The translations under genes and the position numbers were made by a program. Shown piece after piece: positions 23,470 to 36,329 of a stretch of 47,740 bases of DNA. A model generated the notes under the pieces. That model did no database searches. It saw only the letters and a list, made by a program, of their open reading frames with translations, and was not told where the DNA came from. This DNA is from Sphaeroforma arctica JP610. Its lineage: Eukaryota. How positions within the stretch are numbered: the first letter of the stretch is position 1; every line of letters starts with the position of its first letter. The DNA lies in NCBI RefSeq assembly GCF_001186125.1, contig NW_014039898.1:4483-52222 (forward strand). Reading direction: 5' to 3'.

Positions 23470-25045
23470 ATTTAGGATATTTACATAAACACACACTCTC
23501 GGTAGATTTTCAAATCAACAGAACCAACACATACAATTATTATTACATTATTAAACAGAAGGCATTTATTTTGATTAAGTTACTATAGCAGAGACACAAC
23601 ATACATAACACATACACACTAGCTGACACACCGCGTGTAGACATATACAGAATATTATGCAAAGGCATGACTCATCGTAGCAAAACACTACGCGGTAATG
23701 CAAACAATATTAACATACACACAAGTATAAGGCGCTGTGCGTCACACATAGCATATTGCTACAAAATAATTGAAATCTATCAAACATTACAAGGCCGGCA
23801 CTATTGCCCAGCGCGGAAGGTTCAGAGAAAGCCGCCCATGAGTCGTGATCCCAGTGTGGAAGGTTCAGAGAACGCTACCTAGGAGTGGATCGTGCGGTCT
23901 AGTTACACGAGTGCTGGTTGTGTGTGGCAAGTATATCTATATGCTTAGAGTATAGGCGAGCACCCTGTTGACTCTAACTCAGTGGCGAGCAACCCTGAGG
24001 ACACGGCGCATTGAACTTTGCGTAGGCGTGTAGACATATGCAGAATATTATGCAAAGGCATGGCTCATCGGAGCAAAACACTACGCGGTAATGCAAACAA
24101 TATTAACATACACACAAGTATAAGGCGCTGTGCGTCACACATAGCATATTGCTACAAAATAATTGAAATCGATCAAACATTACAAGGCCGGCACTATTGC
24201 CCAGCGCGGAAGGTTCAGAGAAAGCCGCCCATGAGTGGTGATCACAGTGTGGAAGGTTCAGAGAACGCTACCTAGGAGTGGATCGTGCGGTCTAGTTACA
24301 CGAGTGCTGGTAATATTTAGAATATTTACATATACACACACCCTCGGTAGATTCTCAAATCAACAGAACAACACATACAATTATTATTACATTATTAAAC
24401 AGAAGGCATTTATTTTGATTTAGTTACTATAGCAGAGACACAACATACATAACACATACACACTAGCTTACACACCGCGTGTAGACATATACAGAACATC
24501 AATTATGCAAAGGCATGACTCATCGTAGCAAAGCACTACGCGGTAATGCAAATAGTATTAACAAAAACACAAGTATAAGGCGCTGTGCGTCACACATAGC
24601 ATATTGCTACAAACAAATTGAAATCGATCAAACATTACAAGGCCGGCACTATTGCCCAGCGCGGAAGGTTCAGAGAAAGCCGCCCATGATTGGTGATCCC
24701 AGTGTGGAAGGTTCAGAGAAAGCTACCTAGGAGTGGATCGTGCGGTCTAGTTACACGAGTGCTGGTTGTGTGTGGCAAGTATATCTATATGCTTAGAGTA
24801 TAGGCGAGCACCCTGTTGACTCTAACTCAGTGGCGAGCAACCCTGAGGACACGGCGCATTGAACTTTGCGTAGGCATTTTGAAGTCGGCGAGCAACCGCA
24901 GCCTTACTAGCGTGTTGCATGGCACCATCACAGTCGACAGAATAGAACGTATGTTTATTTAGATGCTGAGAGTACAGGCGAGCACCCTGTTGACTCTTAC
25001 TCGGAGGTGAGCAACCCTGAGGACACGCCGCATTGAACTTTGCGC
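23470..25045. repeat. Composite tandem duplication (A-B-C-B-A-B-C-C')
   Basis: The roughly 285-bp B block recurs at about 23633, 24027 and 24478, giving near-identical spurious ORFs at 23667, 24018 and 24515. The A and C blocks each recur. Confidence 0.9.
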
Positions 25046-25067
25046 GAAAACTCGAGAGTCGGTAGGA

Positions 25068-25867
25068 ATCCGCAGCCTCAAGAGTGTTGCATAGTCGCAT
25101 GAGTGGTGTTGAGTTGGATAACATTATTACGTAAAAGTCGGAACGTGCTACATTATTACGTAGAAGGCGGAACATGTGCAACATCATTACGCAAGACTCG
25201 GAACATGCAGGCAGTATTACGTAACAGGTCGGAACGTGTAGCACTATTACGTAGGTGGCTGACCATGTATAACATTATTACGCAAGAGTCGGAACATGTA
25301 ACACCATTACATAGAAATCGGAACGTGTTACATTATTACGTAGGAGGCGGAACATGTACAACATTATTACTCAAGAGTAGGAACATGTAATCATTATTAC
25401 TTAACAAGTCGGAACGTGTAGCATTATTACGTGGGAGGCGGACCATGCATAACATTATTACGCAAGAGTCGGAACATGTAATACCATTACGTAGAAGTCG
25501 GAACGTGTAAGGCGCTGTGACGGAGTCACCGAATACGCGCCCAACTCGAGTATGCTCATGAGGACAACATACCACACTCACACATTCAATAACATATCAT
25601 CCGCAGCCGAATCCGCAGCCTCAAGCGTGTTGCATAGTCGCATGAGTGGTGTTGAGTTGGATAACATTATTACGTAAAAGTCGGAACGTGCTACATTATT
25701 ACGTAGAAGGCGGAACATGTACAACATCATTACGCAAGAGTCGGAACATGCAGGCATTATTACGTAACAGGTCGGAACGTGTAGCACTATTACGTAGGTG
25801 GCGGACCATGTATAACATTATTACGCAAGAGTCGGAACATGTAACACCATTACGTAGAAGTCGGAAC
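25068..25867. repeat. 30-bp minisatellite (CATTATTACG...GTCGGAAC[A/G]TG) in two blocks offset by 543 bp
   Basis: More than 20 imperfect units. The leader AATCCGCAGCCTCAAG..GAGTTGGATAA appears at about 25068 and 25610. Confidence 0.9.
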
Positions 25868-27171
25868 AGTTTACGTATAGATTTACAGAAAACGGGGCCT
25901 AGAAATGGGCCTAATTTTTGAATTTTTTTGTAAACACGTTTTGAATAAAAGGTTTACGTTTAAGATAATCGGTGAACGTTTTGCCGTAATCGTTAGCACT
26001 TACATAACATGCAATAACCAACATATAACACGTACAAACACGGATATCTCAGCAACTAGGCATGCTACAGCGCTCACATTTACACACATAAGAGAACGCT
26101 GTTAGCAACACATTAACACTAATTAGATATAGGTATCATACATATATGATATCATAAAATAATACATTCACGCCATCTCGTGTATAACAAACAGCACACC
26201 TATATAATAGTTGAGAAATCTCAATACAATGGCACATAGACTGTTCATAGAAAGACAATAAGTTACATAGATACTCATAAATATTATAGTATATATTAGA
26301 ATGATAGTGGATGCCAATAACAGGACGTACAACATACGCTATAGTATAAGAGATTGCACGCACAATAGATTGAATTCCAGGTGATGGTACTATGATATAC
26401 ACCATACATATATACACCTACAATAACCAACAATAATAATCAAGACTTACAAGGATATAGGCAATAACATAATCCGAGTATATATCGGTATAACAAGTAC
26501 TAACATGTATATAGACATAAAATATATAATATACAATAATAATGCAAACGTTATATTAATAACTATTTTTAGTTAATGCTTGGTACAGATAGGTAGCTAT
26601 ACCACCAGTAATGGTCGTAGCAACATCATCCGATATGATTGTTCAGATTATAACAGCTATATATATATATTTATGTATATAACAGTTATTGACATAACAT
26701 TTTTAGATACTTACCATAATAGATCCTAACATTACATTGAATTTGACAACAATACGCATTTCGAGATTATATAAAGAATAAACATTCAGACATTCAAACG
26801 ATTAGATAGACCATGCAAACATAGGATGATATAATAATTGATACGGTTAGTATTAATAGGTCATAATCATACATGATACAAGTTATTCAGAAATTCTTTC
26901 CCATCAGATTGAAATTCACGATACAAACAGATAAAATACAACCAAGCAAATCACAAATATAAGAATATATTTAAGGACAGAATGCCATAATGTATAGGGC
27001 GATAAATATATAAAATGATAATGATACCATAGTATCATATGTTATACTTCACTTTGCATGTCTACAGTAATATTATAGAACATGTCATAGACGAATGCGT
27101 ATATACACTTGTTAACATGAATCGTCAATACAAATAAATACCAGTATTTTGATCGTAAGTTTTATGATATA

Positions 27172-27191
27172 NNNNNNNNNNNNNNNNNNNN
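27172..27191. other. Assembly gap (N run)
   Basis: Ns in sequence. Confidence 1.
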
Positions 27192-29684
27192 TTAGCGTAC
27201 AACACATAAGAGTTAGATTAGGCGACAATCATACTATACTCGGCACAGATCTGGTATAGTGCTGTTTAGATTTCGATTCATAATACAGGATACTGTACAA
27301 TACACGATGTTACACAATGCTTTTATGGGCTATTTATATGGGTAACCATTACCTTCACATGGCGGGCTATCCATCCACGCACACTTATCCACAATTACCA
27401 ATCCACAATAGAGGTCCAATATTCATCATATACAGCTAAACTAAATAATGAACACATACGCAGAGTTATATCACGAACATATCCTGGTAAACGTCGCGTG
27501 CACGTAAAATCATGCACCATTCTGGTAACTGATGGAAGACATTTTCATAAATACAAGAAGAAAAGGAGAAAATAGGAATTACAAAAAATCACGATCGGTA
27601 TTTACAATATGTTGTTTTATATATAATTGGTATGAAAAATAGCTGTTGTAGCTGTATCTATTAACATTTTGGTCCGTTAAACTAAACTCTAATTTAGATA
27701 ATCCGATATTTTGGAGACGAAAAAGGGAGAATCTGATAAATAATAGGGAACACGTAAATCCCAAAAATGACAGTTTTAGGGCTATACATATATAGATAAA
27801 TACACTTATGTATCTATAAGGCTATATATTTACATATACATAGCCTCTATTTTTAAGCCTCTATTTTTACTCATTTTTATACGCGTTACAGATACAACGA
27901 TTACGTTTACAATATCGAAGGTACTGCGCGTCATGGTAAACCCGATAGTTGTGCGAAAACTTAGTTACATATTTTAACTTAAGGGTCAGACTCGTTCGTA
28001 GTATGCCCAATCGGATTTTGAGTTATTTATAGAGGGATCTGGCAAGTTTACAACATTCATTTGAAAAATGAGCCAAAATCGCTGAGGAACGAGCAATTAC
28101 GAGGTTCAGAGACATCAGAATACTTACAAGATGATAGACTTCTTGTTGGCTACATGGCGGGAAGTCCGCCTACGCACAATTGTTAACATTATTGTGGAAG
28201 ACACGCTTGAAAAATGCACGTAAGCACACACTCACCACATAGCATTATAGTATTCTATATAGAATATACTACAGTTATAATCACATATAGATATAAACGT
28301 ATTGTATATAAACGTTAAAACGTACATTCCGTTACCCTACTATTGTGTATAGTATTACAAACATACGCATTGGATATATGAAACAAGTTAACAAAACGTT
28401 AAGTCTACCGCACACATGCGAAACAGGCCGAACAGTTGTGACAAATATAGCAACTAGTATTTACGTTGTCCATACAGCCAGGGGCATAAACCATATTTCC
28501 AATCCCAAATAAGTAATACACAATTTCACATATATTTTGGAATAATTAGTTTTTGGTTATATGTACTATAGCTAATCACATATTGATATATATAGAAAAG
28601 ATTATTGATGAATATTTGGAAGATGAATAAGAATATTGGAATATTTGACATAGGAATGGGTTATTCGACTAGATTTGGCACAAGAAAATAGGTATCGAGT
28701 ATATTAATTTTGGAACAACTTTCTAATTCCAATAGAAATACTAAAAGACACGACGTAAATCCATAGTTATTGGTTTCCACAATTATATATATATATATAT
28801 AATTGTATATATATTTAAGCCTAGCTATAGGTCTATTGATAGATATTTTCATTTTTATATACTGATACAAATAATACGTTTACGATATCAAAATGTTCTA
28901 TGCGTCATAGTAGACAGACAGTTATTCGAAAACGTAATTACGTATTCGAATCTTATCTATTTTTATTAGTTTTTACTAGGTCGAACGTACGATGAGTCGT
29001 AGTAAAATAGTTAGTGTTTGAAAGCGTAGTTACGTATTTTTCTTCTTCTTCTAAAAATAAATTTTTATTTGTTGTTGTACCATGAGGCATGAAGTGCGAG
29101 TCCCAGATTACCAGAGTCCCAGACTCATATTTTAGTGTTTTTAACAGTACAGAATCCCAGACTCATATTTTAGTGTTTTCACCGTATACATGTAGAAGTT
29201 TAACGTATACCATTACGTTCATACATTTCAGGCCACGAGGCATGAAGTGTGAGTCCCAGACTCGGTGCTTATTAACAATATATATAGGTAGAAGCTTAAC
29301 GTATACCATTATTCACGTCGTGTATTTCAGATAACTATGAGGAATACTAGGCAAACGGCTTTCCGAAAACGTATAAAGAACGATACTGACTGTTTTTCTA
29401 TTTTAATCGTTTATTGTACTTATTTCTATTTTTTAGAATATGTATTTAATACAAATGAGAGTACTTTTGTCTGTTTTTACAATTGAAGTGCGGGTCTTCC
29501 AAATGAATATTTTGTATTTTACGACTTCTCTGATAATTTTAAAAGCATATAAATTTTACGACGATGCAGTAACCCCACGATCCGTGTAGGTTACTTCCCT
29601 TGTATTTTATTTATATATTTTAAATTAGACATGTCGATATAATATACATATTCGTCGAAAGACCAGACTCCAACTTGGCGGGGC

Positions 29685-30071
29685 TATGGACAAAGTACCC
29701 TAGGCGGATATTTAAGACCGGATGTGAGGACCGGACCAGGGAGAGAAATTAAGGACCGGACCAGAGGACCGGACCTAGGGGATTATTTGAGGACCGGACC
29801 AGAGGACCGGATCTAGGGGACTATTGGAGGTCCGGACCAGAGGTCCGGACCGATTAGTGGAATAGAGAATTTAATGAGATAAAAGTGATGACTCATACGA
29901 AACCATAGAGACGGGTATTTTCACATAACCCGATGGTAGAGAAAGTCTCGTTCCACATAGGATCGTGGTTAATAAATATACCAGGCGCGCCATTCCCAAT
30001 GGCACTTCTGACTGAGTTCACTTATTTCAGACTTAATACTCTTTACTAAGTGTGACTTGGTTTTGACCACA
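29685..30071 (+). repeat. 3' LTR of the non-coding LTR element
   Basis: Direct repeat of 21188-21574, ends in CCACA, followed by GAAT. Confidence 0.85.
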
Positions 30072-30402
30072 GAATAGTTTGTGTGCAAATATATTCACAC
30101 CTTGTGTACGTTTCCTTTCGTGAAGGTATTAGTAGTTGAGTTAGTTAGTTTTCGTAGTTTTAGTTGTAGTGTAGAATGGCCTCATCTTGAGGTCGATGTT
30201 GTGTGCACTGAGTTCACTCTTTTCAGACTTAACACTCTTTACTAAGTGTTACTTGGTTTTGACCACAGAAAAGTTTGTGTGCAAATATATTCACACCTTG
30301 TGTACGTTTCCTTTCGTGAAGGTATTAGTAGTTGAGTTAGTTAGTCTTCGTAGTTTTAGTTGTAGTGTAAAATGGCCTCATCTGGAGATCGATGTTGTGT
30401 GC
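30011..30402. repeat. 196-bp tandem duplication spanning the LTR end and the THAP start codon
   Basis: 30011-30206 is repeated at 30207-30402. Confidence 0.9.
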
Positions 30403-30707
30403 TAGGATGTGGTTTACTAAATGGTGAAGAGGGTGTCACTCTGCATCGGTATAAACTGCAATGGGATTCAAGCCTGTCGGACCGTACGATGGTATATGCT
30501 TCGATGAGGGTATGTAGCAAACATCTCAGAGATGATCAAATGGATACTTTCAAGAAAGGAAAACGCCCGCGTATTAGGTGTGCTCCAGTTCTGCATCTAC
30601 CTGAACCTATTGTTGATCTAGTTGACGAAAAACCTTGCGATGTAAAAACGAACATGCAATCAGGGTTTACCTCATCCCGACAACCCGTTAGACACAGCCA
30701 ACACTGA
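30372..30707 (+). CDS. THAP zinc-finger domain protein (transposon-associated; may continue by frameshift to about 30888)
   Basis: MASSGDRCCVLGC..VTLHRY..W..MRVCSKHL..CAPVLHLP shows the C-x4-C, LH, W, CSxH and AP signature of THAP. Confidence 0.75.
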   Translation: MASSGDRCCVLGCGLLNGEEGVTLHRYKLQWDSSLSDRTMVYASMRVCSKHLRDDQMDTFKKGKRPRIRCAPVLHLPEPIVDLVDEKPCDVKTNMQSGFTSSRQPVRHSQH

Positions 30708-30888
30708 TAGGCATAGCAAACGTAAGTTGGAGACTTTTTCAACTATCATGAAAGGGAAAAACAAAACCTTCAAACACTCACCTAGCATATCAACTTCCGC
30801 ACAAGATAGTGACATCATGTCATTAGCTGCAATGGCTACACGGGGCCGAGGGCGAGCCCAGGATGACATAGACATAGTCAAAGTATTT

Positions 30889-32048
30889 AAGCTTACTAAA
30901 AACCCCTAACCCTAAAAACCCTAAAACTCTAAAATCCTAAAACCCTAAAGCTTCAGCCCTTGGTAATGAGCTAAAGATTAGAGGATGGAAGACTGAGACT
31001 ATTGTCGTTATGACTCCGCTCTAATCACTCAATACTTCGGTCCAGATTTATTTGGTGTCAGTAAATAAAATCAGATTTCATTTCATTGGATATATGATAT
31101 TTCATTCTATATCATTCTATGCCTCGAAACTACGTTCCAATCGCAATTACCAATAAAACAACTCTAAGTCCAACTTAAGAAAAATATAAATAAAATCAAA
31201 AACACCATGCTGGTACAGTTAAATTATCTGTACCTATACCCCATCACATGGTACCTAGCTCTCCATCCCATTGAAGGCATAGACGGGCACATCTAGTTGG
31301 CCGGCTAGGGGGGATCTTATTCATGCTGAGAGTATTTGGTAGTACAACATGTGTCATCAAGTGTCAGTATCACCTGAGACTCGCCCAGTGTTGTATCCCA
31401 ATATTCTGATGGAAAAAATAAACATGTAGAAAAACCAGCATATCAATATCGACAGAGTCTCATTTCTCTGTCGTATACAATTATCAACAGAGTCTCATTT
31501 CTCTGTCGTATACAATTATAGTTCCAAATATACAAATTAGATTATTTGTCAATTATCTACAATTGCGTTTCAACGTATACCAGTTTTCATAACCGTAATA
31601 ACATTTGAACGATAATACATCACATGGTACCTAGCTCTCCATCCCATTGAAGGCATAGACGGGCACATCTAGTTGGCCGGCTAGGGGGGATCTTATTGAT
31701 GCTGAGAGTATTTGCTAATACAACATGTGTCATCAAGTGTCAGTATCACGTGAGACTCGCCCAGTGTTGTATCCCAATATTCTGATGGAAAATATACATG
31801 AAGAAAAACCATCATATCAATATCGACAGAGTCTTATTTCTCTGTCGTATACAATTATCAACAGAGTCTCATTTCTCTGTCGTATACAATTATAGTTCCA
31901 AATATACAAATTAGATTATTTGTCAATTATCTACAATTACGTTTCAACGTATATCAGTTTTCATAACCATAATAACATTTGAACGATAATACGTTTATAA
32001 TATACGTTAACATGTGCATCTACTATAGGAACCCGCTGATTTTGCACA
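30889..32048 (-). repeat. 3' LTR of Gypsy-B with internal 376-bp tandem duplication and telomere-like insertion
   Basis: Matches 38329-39048. 31242-31617 is repeated at 31618-31992. Confidence 0.9.
30896..30949. repeat. Degenerate telomere-like (CCCTAA[A/AA])n tract
   Basis: CTAAAAACCCCTAACCCTAAAAACCCTAAAACTCTAAAATCCTAAAACCCTAAA, absent from the 5' LTR. Confidence 0.85.
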
Positions 32049-32064
32049 GCCCCCCCCCCTCCTC
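32049..32064 (-). promoter_or_regulatory. Polypurine tract of Gypsy-B
   Basis: GAGGAGGGGGGGGGGC on the minus strand directly abuts the TG of the 3' LTR. Confidence 0.85.
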
Positions 32065-32229
32065 AGCTTGAAAATTACAATGTTGGCTTATATATATTTT
32101 GAAGCACATGTACTCAAAAAGCTCACATGAATTGTACAAGCGAAAAGAAGAAACAGGTTTCTATCATATAAAATGGCCTCAATGCTCATATTATACTCTC
32201 TTAGACGAAGTATACTTAGACCTTATAAG

Positions 32230-33739
32230 TTACTCGGTTACTCTATTACGTTTGGGTTTAGGTCCTTGAAGTCCCCGACGGGGGATGGGATGTTTCTGAG
32301 TACCTTTAGGGGGTACATACATTCCATATTCTTTGAAACTTGGAATGAATGGTGTCTGTGAATAAACCTTGACTACATCAGGACGATTGTTTGTAGGTAA
32401 GATTCTGTCCGCGTCTGCCTTATTCTTATGCAGGCGCTTACGAAACTTCTTATTAAAAGCTTTCAATACATCTGGATCATCGAATGCCGATGGAGGTAGA
32501 TCGTATTGTACGCCATCTGCAAACTCCGTGGTGTAGTAAGTATATCCTCATGTTTGTACTTCCCCAGAATTTTCTTAAATTCAATTAAAAGCTTTCAATA
32601 CATCTGGATCATCGAATACCGATGGAGGTAGATCGTATTGTACGCCATCTGCAAACTCCGTGGTGTAGTAAGTATATCCTCATGTTTGTACTTCCCCAGA
32701 ATTTTCTTAAATTCATATGACAAAAGAGGTGTAGTAGCTTCACGTGTGCGACGAAGGATGATTTCAGTCGTTGGGAATTCGATGTGATCCGATATTAAGA
32801 GCACTTGAACCGTCAACATTGTTAACTTCATAAGTTCCGCTCTTCTTATCGGCCACTGAACTCTTGAATGGTTTAATGTATTTAGCCGTAAGCACAGTTG
32901 TATCGGAGTTGCATCGCTTTTGTCTCTTCTTGAGCGCGATATCTTTCATCTCTCTCAGACAAGAAAAGACGACGTTTCTAGTACGACGCATCTTCTCTAA
33001 CCATGGTAACACATGATCTTCTTGAGAATCCTTGTTGAAAGGTATTTGTAGTTCACTATAACGGCCCCTAAAATAGTCAGCGGGTGTTGTACCAGTGACT
33101 GAATCCGGTGTCTCGTTCATTTGTGTCTGTACCCAGTTAATTGAATACGGCCACAAGTCAGCATCGTCTAGCAACGCTCCACGCATGAACTCCTTCATCT
33201 TTCTGTGTCGTACCTCATTCGCACCTTGTGTCTGAGGCTTGTAAAGTACACCCATTTTGTGGCATGATCCCGCAACGAGTAACAGCGTCGTCATGACGTC
33301 TCCTGTAAACTCACTACCGTTGTCGGTACATACTATAGCTGGCCAGCCGAAATCTGCGAAACACTTATAAATGCACTCAGCCACCGTTTGAGTTGATTTG
33401 TCTTTCAGAGGATATAGTACACTATATCTTGAAGCAACATCAAAAACGTGGTAGACATACTTGCCTTTCGTGTGTTTAGACGTGGGCAGCTCAACCAGAT
33501 ACACTCCGCAATGGGGCATATCCATAGCGCTTGATTCGGTTAACTTCGCAGTTGTTACATTCGTGATACACCTGAAATATATATTGCTTGCGCTTTGGGT
33601 GTACAATCCCGTATCTCTTGCAATCTTTCTCAGTCCGAACCTTATCCATGTGCTTAAGTGCATAATTCTGCCTTAACCACTTGAATATGTCACCCTCCGT
33701 TGATCTTGCTATATCAAAATCTGGAGGTGAGGAGTCCAC
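32230..33739 (-). pseudogene. Gypsy-B DDE integrase with C-terminal chromodomain-like region
   Basis: ECNNC zinc-finger end, VFDVASRY, CTDNGSEF, YKPQTQGANE. Tail YEFKKILGKYKH/GYTYYTTEFADG..FDDPDVLKAF. Several frameshifts. Confidence 0.9.
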
Positions 33740-34129
33740 TACTACATCACCTGGACTCGAAGACTCTTCTCGTCCAGTCTCGCCTGAAAGGTCGGCCGTG
33801 TGAATTCTACTAATGTTCTCTGTCCATTAGTTGAATTACATGGTCGTATACATCTGGAAAATCGTTCATCAACTGTTTGAGTAGCCTGGTCTCGGCCTCG
33901 TATGCAGTTTCTCTATTAGAACGTATCCTTTTGTAAAATGCCTTCTCTAATGATGAGTTCCTCTTTCAATTTTGTAGGTTCAGATTGTACCTCAGCAACG
34001 CATATCGCAGGTGCGTGTGTCACCCCAGCCTCTCGTTGAGACCTAATTGTCAAGAGTGGAATCTTGGATTCTTCGACCTTACGTTGGAAGGTCTCGGATG
34101 GTGTCCATTTGGTTTTACCAACTGGACCT

Positions 34130-34524
34130 ATACGACATATTATTGTATATCGCCAAGGAGTCTTCTGGACTACACGAATACCCTGGTAGAGGAAAGTATC
34201 TACCTCTCTATCCACATATATGGGCTCACATTGAATCATCGATATCAACTGTGGTAGCCACTTATCTGAATGTCTTAGGGGACAACACAACGTGCTGGTA
34301 GCATCTTGTATATGAACATAATTTAGCAACTGTGGTATCAACAACCACGGTGGATTCGCCCAGGCATTCTCATCAGTTAAATCGATTTGAAGCCCATCAC
34401 CGTCTGGATGTTGCGTACGGTATCGCGGCAGTTGCGCATTATGGTGTGCTGCAAACATATCAATGGTATTTGGTCCATATATGTTGTCTGCAATTTTAAA
34501 CCACCTAGGATTGGCTTTCCAATC
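34130..34524 (-). CDS. DIRS/Dam-type DNA N6-adenine methyltransferase domain, in frame after RNase H (within ORF 33916-34716)
   Basis: NHLPDMLSR (RNase H end) is followed by DWKANPRWFKIADNIYGPNTIDMFAAHHNAQLPRY..NAWANPPWLLIPQLL..TLCCP..WLPQL. Contains a SAM-binding-like DMFA motif and catalytic NPPW (34345-34356). No stops within the domain. Confidence 0.88.
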
Positions 34525-34539
34525 CGTAGCTAGCAAGTC

Positions 34540-36310
34540 CCGAACCATCTTATTGAAGTCCGGTACGAAGCGTGACAGCATATCCGGTAAATGATTATGT
34601 ATGCCCGGTATATGTGTTATGCTAAAGAAAACTTTGCGATCGTATCGTGCCATCGACTGACCAATTGTGAATTCGGGTTCATGTCCTTTAAATGTTGCAC
34701 CGATTTCTGATCGCACAGTACATTAAAATGTGTGCAGTAAAGATAGTCCTTAAAATGAGTGAGTGCGGTTACAATAGCTAGTAACTCTTGTTGCACGGTC
34801 GGATAATTGATCTGTGACGAGTTCATAGCTCTGCTAAAGAACTGCACGTATCTCGGTTCTCCGTCAATCATTTGATACAGAACGGCTCCTAATGCCATGT
34901 CGGATGAGTCTGTAGCCACTATGAAGGGTATTCCATCTTTTGATGGCTGGACTACTGGGGCTTGTTGAACCACTGTTTTGAGCTGCTTAAAGGCATCATC
35001 ACAGTCTTTGGTCCACAACGCTCCTAATTTGCCCTTGTGACATCTTAAATGTCCGAAAGGCTTCAAGTAGCTTGCCAGGTGTGGAACTCCGTCTGACAGG
35101 AAGTTAACAAAACCGCACATGCTGTTCACGTCCTTGCCTGTAGTGGGGGTTCTTCAGTCTAGTAAGTGTTCTACTTTTCCGGGGTCGATTATAATGCCTT
35201 CCCCAGATATACGATAACCCAACAACTGTATCTCGTTAACACCAAAATGACATTTCTTGCTGTTGATCTTAAACTTGTGTTTTTTAGCCTTGCCAGTACC
35301 TCTCTTACAACCCTGTCATGCTCCTCTTTAGTTTTAGTAAACACGACAATGTCATCGATATATACCTGAACATTATTCAGGCCTTGCATGATTTGTTGAA
35401 AGAAGACTGGTAGCATATGTAAACCAAAAGGGACTCTTTTAAAAGAATACTGCTGTCCATCCCAAGTGAAGGTGAAATACTTCCGATGTGGTTTGTATAT
35501 CGTCATTTGGTGGTAGCCTTGCTTCAAATCGATAGTCGAAAATATTTTCGTACCTTCCGTTCTTCTCAGCAATTCATTAATTCTTGGTAAATGGAAATTA
35601 TGTGTGGGTATAAGAGTTTTTAGAGGACTCATATCCAAACACATGCGAACCTTCTTTAACGTGTCATCAGAGTTGAACTGGTCTACAGCCAAGTGTGTCA
35701 GGTTGACAGGAGTAGGTTCGTAGTTGACTGCGATTACTCCGTTTTCCAACCATGTCTTCTTATTCTCGTACCACCTGTTCATGACGCCACGTTACGTAAT
35801 TGCGCGTTGGATATTTCAACTTCGAAAAGTCTAGTTTTATCAAATCTAAGCTCACATTCCGTTATTGAATTTAAACTGATCCCAGTCGGTGATCTTTATC
35901 TTGCTGTTCACAAAAATAAGATCCTTTAGCTTATCTGTATATTGGGGTATCATTTCCTTCACAGTCTTAGAAGGCTGGTATACAGGCTTCAGCAGAATAT
36001 CGTCTGACTGATCTTTCTGTGGGTCAATGTTCGTTGGCAAACCGGCAATTGTTATACCTAACGATAACAGCTCTCCCATCCCCACTATTAAATCGTAATC
36101 TGGCGAATCAATGTGGTCCGTTGATCTGCAAGGGTAAACCTTAAATCTACGGCCATGTCACGGCATATAATCCCCTTTTCGTCAGCTAATTTTAACACAG
36201 TAGGTTAAATACAGAATCTTGATGATAAACATGAAATTTGTTAGCCCGGATCCAGTAACGCTTTTATTTCATGCCCATTAACTCGTACATCCAGAATGAC
36301 ACGCTCATCT
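34540..36310 (-). pseudogene. Gypsy-B protease, RT and RNase H (frameshifted)
   Basis: LLDPG, RMCLDM, DLKQGYHQ, PFGL, YIDD, TDSSDMALGAVLYQ, NYPTVQQELLAIV. High similarity to Gypsy-A pol. Confidence 0.92.
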
Positions 36311-36329
36311 TGCGGTGCATCCTTTTGCT

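Larger units (their letters stand above)
21188..30071 (+). mobile_element. LTR-bounded element (8.9 kb) without recognisable gag/pol (non-autonomous, LARD-like, or heavily decayed)
   Basis: 387-bp direct repeats 21188-21574 and 29685-30071 with TGTGG...CCACA termini (the second begins TATGG). 4-bp TSD GAAT (21184-21187, 30072-30075). G-rich tract GGCGGGGC immediately before the second LTR. Confidence 0.8.

Noticed and set aside
23667..24730. Three-copy small protein family (MTHRSKTLRG...)
   Set aside because: The ORFs are by-products of a DNA duplication and show no recognisable domain.
25068..25867. CRISPR-like array
   Set aside because: Contiguous 30-bp degenerate units with no unique spacers and no cas genes, in a eukaryotic context; it is a minisatellite.
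27885..29330. Diverged short direct repeats (about 27890/28865 and 29080/29233)
   Set aside because: Real but old and AT-rich, with no termini or structure that would let me assign a function.
32452..32715. Functional tandem chromodomains
   Set aside because: Both 132-bp copies share the same frameshift and the junction creates a stop, so the duplication post-dates inactivation.
33916..34716. Nested DIRS element as the source of the MTase at this locus
   Set aside because: No tyrosine recombinase or DIRS-type terminal repeats were seen. The MTase is in frame with Gypsy RNase H in two separate elements.
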